The translations under genes and the position numbers were made by a program. Shown piece after piece: positions 39,993 through 51,968 of a stretch of 64,000 nucleotides of DNA. How positions within the stretch are numbered: position 1 is the stretch's first letter; every line of letters starts with the position of its first letter. The notes below the pieces were generated by a model that searched no databases, had not been told where the DNA came from, and saw only the letters and a program-made list of their open reading frames with translations. The stretch is from Mizuhopecten yessoensis. Taxonomy: Eukaryota. The stretch covers positions 1 through 64,000 of the forward strand of contig NW_018406841.1 in the NCBI RefSeq assembly GCF_002113885.1, in the 5' to 3' direction.

Positions 39993-42900
39993 AAATCATA
40001 CATTTACGTTACGGTGAAGTACAATAAAAAAGTTACAACTCTTTTTGTATATTTATTATTTTTAATATTAGTATCGGACAGAAAACTATAAAAAGGAACA
40101 GCCAGAACTTCAGCCTACACACAAACTTCAAATGTTCAACTTCCGCCGATCAGCTGATATTGTTGAAACGAAAAATATATATCTTATATATATTTAAATA
40201 GTGCACCATTTATGATTTTTGTAATGTTTATAATTATTTCTCGCAACGACATTATCTCGGAGAAGGGGAGATAACTCTTCTCAGAAACGGTACTTTGCGT
40301 AGTAATATGATTTGTCATTGTGTATGAAATCAGCTGATCGACTTCACGTGAATCGTTGTATTTATAGTGTATTCATGGTCTAATGGCAGTTGTTTTCTAT
40401 AGGTAGATTCATGTACAGAACAAACATCAATAATGTAAATAAAGGTATCTGTATGAACCTGTGTTAGATATTGTAGTTAAAACCATAAAACAACTCGTTC
40501 ACAATATCAAACAAACGAGGAAGAAACAAACAAGATAGTAACGTACATGTATATCAGGCTATTGCTATTACGGGAAACGTGTTTCTGCTTTTCATTTAAA
40601 CTTTTTCAACACTGTTAATCGTTTACATAAATACGACTCACCTGCCGTTAGTGAGAGACAATATTCTGACATACTTCCACTGAGTCCATATTGCCATACA
40701 ACAGTAACTGTATCATTTGTCTGAACAGCGTTAATTATAGTGTTTCCAACAAGTAAGTGTTTAAAATAACACCTGAGAAAGCTGCTACTTGCGCTGATAT
40801 GATAATGCTGCTTCCACATCCAGACGGAGGATATAACGACTGGGCAGATCCAAAACCAACAGTAGTCATCGTTCCGCCGGAAAGTCCCGTCAGTGTCGCC
40901 ATACAGGAGCAGCTGATACTACCGCCATCTTTTCTGTACACAGACGATCCGTACGTGTCTATAACCACGTGTTCACCGATGGCATTAACATCTTCACACA
41001 TGTTCAGTACTGCAAAAAACAATATTAAATAACAATTTGTTAAAGATACCCGTGCCTCTGCCAAAAACTGTAACTATGCACTAGAAATCGACATTTTACC
41101 GGCAAGACTTTATCTATGATGAATCATTTCTAAAAGGAATATAACGACTTTACGTAAAAACAACAGAACAAATAATCAATAACGGTTTAATTTTAAAACT
41201 AAAAATTAGCGGAACTATAGACCGGGATTCGAACCATAAGACTCAACGAATATACCTCGGCCCAGTTGTACTTCAGTTATTTCCATGGAATATTTAAGTA
41301 TTATCGTAAAACGTGTTATTTACGCGGGCTGAAACTTTCACGATTTTGACCGATATTTGGAAAATTTTATTTAGACGAACTATAATTTCGCGATCTAGAC
41401 ATATGAAAGAACTACATTTTCGCGGTGTTTTAGCACAGAGACGGGACACTCGACATATAAAGTTTCAAATATACAAGGAAAGGCTTTTTGACAGCATATT
41501 GAGCACACCAAGAACGTGTATACTGTTAAAAACATCATCAACAAAACTATTAGATGGGATATAACCTATTATGTACATTTGTATATGAATCGCCACAACC
41601 ACATACTTACTATTTCATGACAACATAACGATTATGAAGTTTAAAATCGCGGCTAAATTTTACACTTATCATATTTTCTATAGATCATATTACCGCGACC
41701 ACGTTAATTATAGACCAACGAAATCGAAAATATATCATCCCCGCAGAAATATCCTAATATATGGTAACATATATTTATAAGACAGACATTCAGTGATCAA
41801 TTCTTAAAGTGTCTGCCTAGCGTTCTATATATTTGATGAACGTGACTCTAGATAAAGCATACAACCAACTATTAAGACCCTTTTAAGAGATGCAACACGA
41901 GTTACTTTCGGAGAAGAACCACAGCTATCAGCACGCCGGGGTTCTAACGCTGAAGAGAAACAAATATACCTGAGGACCTTACAATTATGTCTGATATACA
42001 CAATGGCCTAAAATCATACCTCTGGTAAGTCAGTTTTTCGTGAACTTATTTATTTATTATTAATTTGGTAAAGTCAGATATCGGTTAATGTATGTGACAG
42101 TAGAGTGAGGTATTGGTCAACTTATGTGTCGGTAAAGTTGGTATAAAACCAGGTTTTAGCACACTGTCGGTAAAACCATGTTTTACTGAAAAAGGCTAAT
42201 AGAAGAATAGTGTTTTAAACTCCTCTGTGAAGAAAAATCAATATAAGATAATATTACATTATAACGACGTCCTTATAAACAACATTTTATATTAATATAC
42301 CAACACACATACGTATAAATCAAACGGAAATGTCATATACTTTGAAACGACTTTGGAATGTCGTTCATCCCGAGTTCTACCAGTTTGATTTTGTTTGCAA
42401 AAACCTTTGAGAACGTATATTTTCGAAACCTTCTGTTGGGAAATTTAGGTAGAAATCAGTTATTACCGGTGGTTCCATCTGTAACGGCTTCAGAACAAAC
42501 AGTCCCAGCTGAATCTGTCGTAAATAAGCACACGATAAACGTTAAACAAGCAGATTTTCATTAACAAAACATTTAAGAAGCAAATAATGGATAAGAGTCA
42601 TCTCTCTTTTCATAAACTTCTTAAATTATATACCTCAAAGAGTAAACATTATAATAATAGCATTTATGTTTTTTTTTTGTATTCGTTAAAAATAGATTTT
42701 ATTTTAATTATACTAAAATTGGCTTCACAAAATTTTCATATCTTATTAAGCCATTGATTAACCATAATATATGGAAGTAATAGAGAGGGAGGAGAGATGG
42801 AAGGAAGGAAAGGAAGTAGGAAAGGGAAAAGGAGGACGGAGAGAAGAATTTTTATTAGAACCGGTGCTACAAATTACGTATTTCGAAAGAAAGAAATGGT

Positions 42901-43377
42901 AGTTGATTACAGGATGCATTTTATGATATTTCGCCAATAAATGACAAACATCTTTTAAAAACATACCAAAAAGTACTATTTTTGCATTCAATTTCACCGA
43001 AAGAGAGTTGCAAAAAGTTATCCAAAAGCTATTTATCTATTTACTCAAATAAGTTCCACTTCAGTTACAAATGCCACAAAACTCATGTTCTGGGTTACGT
43101 ATATCAGTAAAATAAATTTCACATACATTCACACCCATATATATTAATACAAATCAATGGAGAAGGATTATCTCTCTTTTCATAAACTTCTTAAATTATA
43201 TACCTCACAGAGTAAACATTATATAATAGAATTCATGTTTTTTTGTATTTCTTAAAAATAGATTTTATTTTAATTATACTAAATTGGCTTTCACAAAACT
43301 CATTTTCTGGGTTACGTATATCAGCAAAATAAATTGTACATACATTCACACCCATACAAATGTTATATATATATATA

Positions 43378-43680
43378 TAACAAATACAAAGAGTTTCTTA
43401 GCACCTCGATAGCGCTTTCACCTCTAACAAATACAAAGAGTTTCTTAGCACCTCGATAGCGCTTTCACCTCTTTAGAGGTTAATCAAGGGAACTGTTTAT
43501 AGATATAAAACAAATACAAAGGGTGTCTTAGCACTTCAATAGCGCTTTCAACTCTTTAGATGTTTATCTTTTTACCGTCACATGGAAATTTAAAACTATT
43601 TATCGCTATATATATATATAACAAATACAAAGAGTGTCTTAGCACCTCCCTATCGCTTTCACCTCTTTAGAGGTATCATA
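43378..43680 (-). repeat. Four tandem degenerate copies of the same hammerhead-like repeat within a (TA)n tract
   Basis: Reverse complement reads cctctaaagaggtgaaagcgctatcgaggtgctaagaaactc. Absent in paralogous introns (~24290, ~30545). Confidence 0.7.
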
Positions 43681-46101
43681 TTTATATATATATATATGAC
43701 CAGGCCACCTGATTCATACAGCTTTTATAACCAGGCCAGATTCTCTGTAATGGAATACACTTACCTTTAAACAAATTCACCAATGTAGACACAAATACCA
43801 AATATCACAAGGTCATTTCGTCCTCTGTTGTTAACTGTAAATTAACCAGCACAAAGTGTCAAAATTTCTTATTTCGTCATTAATATAGGATAAGACTTAG
43901 GCGACCTACTTTGAACACTAATCAAGCAAATCAATACTTCGACTATTCGACCCAGACTCTTGGTTGAAACATGGCTATATTTGTATTTAATTTATAAACT
44001 GTTTACATTTCTGCGACTAATCCTTAAGAAGGCAGTCACTTAATCATCGGGCGACTTACGTTGTAAAAGAAAATGACAATTATAGTAAATGCTCAATTCA
44101 ATAAGCATGGTCGAGGTCTTCGGTATTTTTTTATTTTTTATTCTATTTGTAATATATTTTTGCGATTTTGTGTTGATATACATTACGCATTTACAAGTTA
44201 CAGTTGGACTTTTACTTTTATCTATTCTTCTGAATAAACCTCCAAAAATGACTGATTAATATTAGTGTTTTCTATATAGCACAGGTTCATCAACACCAAG
44301 ATATACATACAACCTAGGAGACTGGTTATGTCTTGCTAACCACCCATATATCCGTAGGGACGATGCTATTTAGGTTCAGGTAATGATTTAACGCCCATTT
44401 TCTAAATTGAAAATGAAAATGAACAAGGAAGTTTAATTATGTTCGCTTCGTATAGTCTACAATTTAAATATAGCACCAATGGGTTTTTTCAATCAAAAAC
44501 CGGTTTGCCGTCTGTCAACTGTCTTTAGGTCTATTTACTGTTCATACAGTGCCTTACCTAACTGTATTCAGAGCGTACCACATAGTGACATGTTATTAGC
44601 ATGTTTACATTCAACTTAGAATTGTAAAGGCGATCGGTAAAGTCACATTATAGAAGATATATGTGCTAGTCATAGGCTAATAGATTGTATTTGTCTTCTG
44701 CATAAAAAAATGTATGTATGAAATATGCATAGGCCATTAAAGTGTATTTGTCTGTTTAGCAAAAGATTTAGTGACAATACAAATGATGTACAACTCCTTT
44801 GCAAAAAGAGTATCTTAACTTAATCAGTGATGGATGATACGCAATCAGAAATATTTCTTAAATGATATAAGAAAACAAAGACTCGGTCACGGTATGTTAC
44901 CAGAAACATTGCTTGAGGTCTACCAACATCAATATTAGATGACATAATTTTTCTACATCCCTCTTTGTTGACTCATTATCACGTAGAGGAGGTCATTTGT
45001 GATATTGACTCTGTGTTTTTATTTTTAGAAACATCAGGTCAATATTCACTTCACGACGTCACCTTAATTTTATCGCCACAATGTTTTCTGCCAAATGCGG
45101 TACCTTTCTCGATACGATTTGCTTACCGTTTGTCTTCTTTTATGATAAATCGTCAAAATTTCATATCTGATATAACAATTAAGGTAGGCGTTTTATTTTG
45201 GTGAATATGTCGTTATATTGACGTGAGATGTGATACGGATCTTGATTTCGTCTTGGTGAATATCGTTTTCTCAGTATCATATAACCACACATTTAAAGTA
45301 CATGTCAATTGTGTAGAACGTTAACACTTAACACTTTTTAATGTAGAAAAAATTTATATGTATTCTCGTTGTTATAAAATGTGCATATCTGATATACTGA
45401 AAAGAGTGACTTTATTCTTCACAATACGTATGTAAGCACATGCAATATTAAAGATATTATCTAACACAATTTACACGGCAATACAGAAGGAAATAGAAAT
45501 ATGAGCTCCAAAACCAATTACACTCCACCCATGAAATCGCATTCATAACCTGTCTTTTTATAATGACCAGTAAACAGGCAATGTAATGCAACGTAAAGGA
45601 AAGTACAATCATCTCTACATAAGAATAGGAATACCTTGTATTATATCAATAATGAAGACAGTGCTCTGTTTAGACAGGAAAAAGTAAATACCTTTTAGTA
45701 AGAACGTTTGACAGGCAAACATGAATATATTTCTATAACATTTGTAGAAGGTGTCTTTGAATAAAATAATCAATCAGTCTTGGTAAAGTTGACGTGTATG
45801 TGATCACGGAAGTAAAACCGTGAATTTTTAAAGGAATTTCCGACCTTGGACAACTACGTTGACTCAAACATAAGGCCATTGGTTGGTGTCTGTCGCGAAT
45901 GAAGTGTTTACTCAATGCCCTGTAAGTTATAACTGGTCTGACCGGATGGGTAGGTTCTAAAATAAGATAAATACATATAGCTTTTATGTTTTCGTGGAAC
46001 ATTGAGTGTACAACAACATAAGCCTAATTTTTCAGCGCTGAACAGACCAGGAAGCTTCGGAATATAGGATTGTTACTCTCTGCCCTGCTAGAAAGGACAA
46101 A

Positions 46102-49100
46102 ATGATTGTATGGAACCTGGTCTTAGTGTTGATATTGATGAGTTTATTTAAAGGTAAGTGTGTTCTTTTTTCAAGAGGGAGAGTGCTATAATTGTATATA
46201 TGGATGGTGTATATCTGACATGATGCTATCGATGACTCTCAATACCTCGGTCTTGGGAGATCAAGAGGGCCTAGTAAGTTATAAGAACTTGTGCCCAATT
46301 CCTTTGACTGTGTAATGTCAACAAAGCATGTTTAAATGAGTCAATGACACTTATATTAAAGCAGTAAATACAAAAAGGAAGGGTTACGAGATCTCGTGAA
46401 AGTTTGGCAAAACTTTCAATAGACATTTTCTGTATGAAAGGTTACAGAAAAGTGTTAACGAATACAAAAAAAAGCATATATCAATACATACTTGCATAAA
46501 CTTGTTTCATATAAGTATTTCTTACCGAATATTTAGTCAGGCTCTATGCCATCGTAATTATCCAGCAATATTTATTATTTGTATTGATTGAGATAAGTTT
46601 TTTTCAACTGTCAATTTCACTGACATACTGGTCGGTAGAAAATGGAGGGTGGGGGTTGAGGGTTGGTTGGTATCAAATATCATATCAACCTCAATCAACC
46701 TACAATATTACAAAAGCGATGTGCAATAGACAATGCCTGGAATGATAGTACTGTATTATACCTCTGTATGCATGTATGTTCACGTGCTTACTTTAGCAGG
46801 TATATTAATGAAGTTTATATATCACATGGTAGCTTTCATCCTTGCGTGTTTGTTGGAACTTTTATGCAACAAAAATAATCAATATATTCCTTCTAATTAG
46901 ATAGGAACCCATTGTTAAGATATTACAAAAAAAATGTTTTATTGTTTATAGCAGGTACAGCCGACACTGTATGTTCTCAAGCTGCTACAGATGGAACTAC
47001 CGGTAAATATAATTATATTTATTTCTGTATATACATTAAAAATACCTTATAATAAGCTAAATTTGATCAGCATTTTACAAAACAAGTTCAATTTCTATAT
47101 CAAAATTTTAAAATTCATACTAAATCAGCCAGCAATGACAAGAAACCCAATACCACAATCATCGTTATGATGTAGTTGATGAGAGCGTTTAAATAACCTC
47201 GAATATGTATTCATAAGAAAGCATGGTTATATTTACATTCAGATGTTGACATTTTGTCTTCACAGTAACGATGTGTGAAGGTGGTAATGCCGTCGGTGAT
47301 CACGTGGTTATAGATACGTACAGATCGGCTGCGTACAGACAAGATGGCGGTAGTTTCAACTGTTTCTGTACGGTGACACTGACGGGACTACCCGATGGAA
47401 CGATGACAACTGTCGGATTTGGATCTGTCCCGTCGTTATATCCTCCGTCTGGTTGTGGAAGCAGCGTTATTATAACAGCGCAACAAGCAGCTTTCCAATC
47501 TAGTCAACCAAACATTCACATGTGTGCTGTAAAAAACAATACATTTAACGCTTTTCAGACAAACGATACATTTACTGTTGTATGGAAGTCTGGAGTCAGT
47601 GGAAGTACAGCAGGATATTGTCTTTTATTCATGGCTGGTAAGTCGTATTTTATGTCAACAACTTACCAAGTTTCTGAATTTTACGTAATATGCAGAGATT
47701 TATTTACTTGCAGTACGAACAGCAGAGGATAGAATTCATATCCACGCCTCGGTGTTTCATCATGATGTACATGTTTATCTCATGCAATATAGAAATACGA
47801 CATTAGTATATGGGCATTATCAGTAACAACAGATGCATTGGTTTTGTTTGCTGTACATTTTATAGAGGGTCCCAAACGAAGGATTATTGGTTGTGATGTT
47901 TCTACGAGGCTTACAGAGTTTATTTCACCTTTTGCAAAATAGCTGATCAGAGTAAAATAAACCTGATAATTAACAGTCACAAGTTTGAGGATTGTTTTCA
48001 AATTATAACTAGAAAATCTCATCTTTCTCTCTGGAATACATTTTTTCTTGCTTCCGAAAGGGGAAAATCGCCATGAAATATGATGTCACAATAAAAGAAG
48101 ACGTCGCAAAGTAGTGTTTCTTGACATCATAAGTAGATGATTGGCCAATAAAATAACGTCTACTGTTTACCGACTACTAGTGGCTAACCAAAACAGTTAA
48201 CTAACTCCCAGGTTTACTCAATGGGTCAAAAGTGAGGAACCCTATACCGGTTGTGGGAGAAATATCAATTTATATACCACGCAGTGTTTCATCGTTTTTG
48301 TTACGTGAAGCAGATAGTGCAAATTATTCATTGTATAAACCGGAAGTTATTCGAAGTGTGGTGTCGTAAGAATAAGTACAGAGATGTTCTTATCATGACA
48401 CCCTTTTGTTGAATCTCGACAGAATTACAATTACATTGAATTATATGTTATCATTGTTGAATATGTTTCAGTGTATATTGATTGTGTATAATGATTCTCC
48501 AGCGTTGTCCATTGATTAAGTGTGTTTTTCTGCAAACGTTATAGGCCCGGGGTCATCCTTGTCAACCAAATGTAATCCTGCCGTCAACACCACAACATCA
48601 CCAACATCTCCTAGTACAGCGCCATCAACAACAACTCCTAGTACAGCGCCATCAACAGCAACTCCTAGTGCAGCGCCATCAACAACAACTCCTAGTACAG
48701 TGCCATCAACAACAACTCCTAGAACAGCGCCATCAACAACGACTCCTAGAACAACAGCACCACCAACTAGTACAACGGTGATGGCGTCATTGATGACGAC
48801 ACCTAGTACAACAACTACAACCAATCCTACAACTACCATCACGTCTACTATTGGTGGCGGAACCAATGGTGGGGGAGCCACTACGTCGTCAGAGAAGCCT
48901 ACTATGAGTCCAGAGGCTACTACAATGGCGGATAAGATTAAAAACAAGAATTTAGACAGTAATTTTATTATTTTTTCAAGTATGTGAATGTATATTCTCC
49001 TATAGTATGCTGAATTATATGTTAGACTTTTGTTATATATTAGGGTTTTTTCGTCAGAGGCATTAGCACTGTTTTGGAATTTCCTTCGCATATTTGGGAT

Positions 49101-50994
49101 ATCCTACGTATACGCGTCATTTCATTCATACAGTGCAGAGTGAATGTTGAGCTGGTTTTGGTCTGTTTATAACACAGCTTTTATAAAATTCGAATTGATC
49201 TTTAGACAGGAACGAAGGATAGTACCTTCCATATAGCTGAATAGCTACTTTAGATGAAATCGTTAAACACAATTTGTTTTGTTTCAATTTAAGGAAATTA
49301 TACATGAAATCGCGAAAACACATAAAACACGGAACGAAATACACCCAATTTATAGAATATTATAAAATAGCCTCTACTTGATTAGTGTCCTATCCAAATT
49401 AACATTAAATTGCATTATCTAGGAATTATTTTTCGTTGATCAATCTCGGCTACATGCACCTCGCGGATTTACAAACGCTATTTTTAAGCTAAACGTAATG
49501 TAGATCAGGATAATATGCTACAATGATAAATCTTCATATGTTGTACGCGATCTCATAGTAACACATTTATTTCAGACTAACAAGAGCATTCGTGAAACAC
49601 CGCCAGAGGTATCTCTTGTTTACAATCAAAGCATAACTTTCCCTTTTACTTTCATGTATTTATATATTTAAATAAAAGTAAGGTAATAGGTTTACATAAA
49701 TTAACACCCTTGATACAACCAATACAGACAAACATATTTATATTTCTATGTACAATTGTTAAATGCATAATTACACAAGAAATACCTCTGTTAATAAATT
49801 TCAAGTATGACATACTTGGTATGTAAGTACTGATAGTCATTAAGTTCTCGTTGCTGTGCATGTATCTGTCTTTGTATCATTTCAGCTACGGTCATTATCG
49901 CAATAGCTGCAGGGGGCGTGGTCTTCCTTATAATCTGCATTGTCATTGCGGTCATGTGTTCAAGGTTTGTATTTCTAATACGGTAAATAGCTATAGGTTA
50001 ACAGGAACGGAATGGTATTAGTTTGTTTAAATTGTTATTAAACAAAGTCATCACATGCCATCAATAAAAAATCACATATATGTAAATATAACATTTAATT
50101 AACAAACTGTTTCTATGTTTTAAATGATAAAAGATAATAAGTGGACTTTTCAGGTTTTTAATACATGTAGATACATATTCTCAATGTGATCAAATCATTT
50201 TGACATTATTGTCCACAATAGTGAAAGATGTTGGTTGCAGGGCCTAGGCTCAATGACTTAGGGGATAGTATGGAACAGTAATCTGTGTTTTATGTCATGT
50301 TATGTAGAATAAAATAATTTAAATTTGGAATATGCTTTGATATAAACATCATTCTTCATAACTCTTTGTGACTAGAATGTTAATATAATTAAATTTAATA
50401 ATTGAAAATTTTTGCAAATGCATTTTAAAAGATTTTGGATTTCTCAAGTCTAATTCAATCACCAATCACATCGATATGTGCATTATATTTTTCAGAACAA
50501 AAAGAAAATCAAATGAACACAGGAAAACTGGAACTGCTGTAGCCCATAATGTCTTGTATGAAGCAACAAGAGCACATTCACCGGATGCAGCAACCAATCA
50601 TGTGGTGACCCCTAGCAGCGATATATACGCACAGGTCGAAAGGCATTCGAAGGTCGAAACAACGAATTCAAAAGAGCAGTCTCATGAGCCGGAACAGGAA
50701 ATAGGTCATGTGGCGACACCTAGTGGTGATATTTATGCACAGGTCGAAAAGCATTGGAAGGTCGAAACAGCGGTTTCTAAAAAGCGGTCTCATGAGCCGG
50801 AACAGGAAATAGAACATGTGACGACACCTGGTGGTGATATGTATGCACAAATCGAAAAGGATTCGAAGGTCAAAACAACGAAATCAACCAATCAGTCCCA
50901 TGAACCAGAAGAGGAAGTAGAAATTGTGATGACACCTAGAGGTGATATTTATTCACAAGATGGGAATAAGTCAGATGCTAGTGTGTATTTCTAA
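46102..50994 (+). CDS. Gene E (complete, ~494 aa): inverted receptor paralog with C/D-type ectodomain, long mucin stalk, distinct TM and repeated DIYAQV tail. Exons 46102-46153, 46955-47002, 47266-47637, 48545-48979, 49886-49964, 50496-50994
   Basis: The spliced frame is open (1485 nt). Signal MIVWNLVLVLILMSLFK; 6-Cys exon homologous to C/D; TM TVIIAIAAGGVVFLIICIVIAVMC followed by SRTKRK. The exon-4 donor position is uncertain and exon 2 has a NAGNAG acceptor (46952/46955). Confidence 0.85.
50599..50960 (+). repeat. 108-bp (36-aa) coding tandem repeat, 3 full units plus 1 partial, in the gene E tail
   Basis: Unit starts at 50599, 50707, 50815, 50923. Confidence 0.9.
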
Positions 50995-51717
50995 TGAAAT
51001 GTTCAAATGATGAGCTACTAAGGACACAAGCAAATTTAATCATGGTGATGGTTTTAAGTCAAGCTAACGTCAGTATATAAAGAGAAATGCATCTAGACCG
51101 CCCATCAATTAGACTTGCTCAAGATTTCTAGAGCTAAAGATTGATGGATACAATACTTGTCAGAGAAGATCATTTAACATTGAAAGAGAAGTATTCAGTG
51201 CCACAATAAAAAATACTTCATTAATACATGTAATATATATTCATTTACATATTCATTTCAATAGTCCACGAATAGAAACTGTCAAATGACAAACTGTGTT
51301 AAAACATAATGTCATTTCATCATTTCGCTTTTATAAAATTATATATAAATTTCTTTTGTGTAATTCTTCTTTTTTGTGCTGTAAATTCCTTATGATTGTT
51401 TCATAAATGTTTGTACTGTTATTTTAGATTATGCTATATTAGCATGTATTCTGTCAATTTTAAGTTTTTGCCATGTTGGCATCTATGTACATTAGACTGA
51501 AACGTCTCTTAAATTAATTTATATGCTGCAAGAGCTTTATGTTTGCATGACCTTTATTCTTTCCGTGCTATTTTACTTTTTATTCGACTATCTGCGATGC
51601 ATGCTACCTTTGTGATATTTTGTTGTTTCTGTTAATCTTGATTGTTATATATAGTCGTAAGAATAGCTCTTCTGAGCTAAAGTTGCATTGTTACAAACAC
51701 GACTCTAAATAAATATT

Positions 51718-51968
51718 CTTGTATCTTGTATGTTGTATGTTGTATGTTGTATGTTGTATGTTGTATCTTGTATGTTGTATTTTGTATCTTGTATGTTGTA
51801 TGTTGTATGTTGAATGTTGTATCTTGTATGTTGTATTTTGTATCTTGTATGTTGTATCATGTATGTTGTATCTTGTATGTTGTATGTTGTATGTTGTATC
51901 TTGTATGTTGTATGTTGTATGTTGTACCTTGTATATTGTATGTTGTATCTTGTATCTTGTATTTTGTA
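51718..51968. repeat. 7-bp microsatellite (TTGTATG/TTGTATC)n
   Basis: Directly visible; it explains the spurious Cys/Tyr ORFs at 51705-52079. Confidence 0.95.

Larger units (their letters stand above)
37912..43816 (-). pseudogene. Gene D: full 6-exon receptor paralog, disabled. Exons 43816-43765, 42514-42467, 41009-40642, 39252-38977, 38349-38271, 38074-37912
   Basis: Codon 4 of the leader is TGA (43807-43805; TGG in paralogs). Exon 3 is 368 nt (372 in gene E), with a frameshift near 40750 that removes a conserved Cys. TM AVVVPLVVTSLLITVTMVVHFILY and tail ...VHYDSL...NLYADT...MYVNTAMES* are intact. Confidence 0.82.

Noticed and set aside
48516-49091. Hydrophobic Val-rich 191-aa ORF (likewise 12116-12460)
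   Set aside because: Antisense shadow of Thr-rich stalk exons.
49576-49608. Candidate 33-nt micro-exon in gene E intron 4
   Set aside because: It has an immediate TAA in the required phase 1, a weak donor and no counterpart in paralogs.
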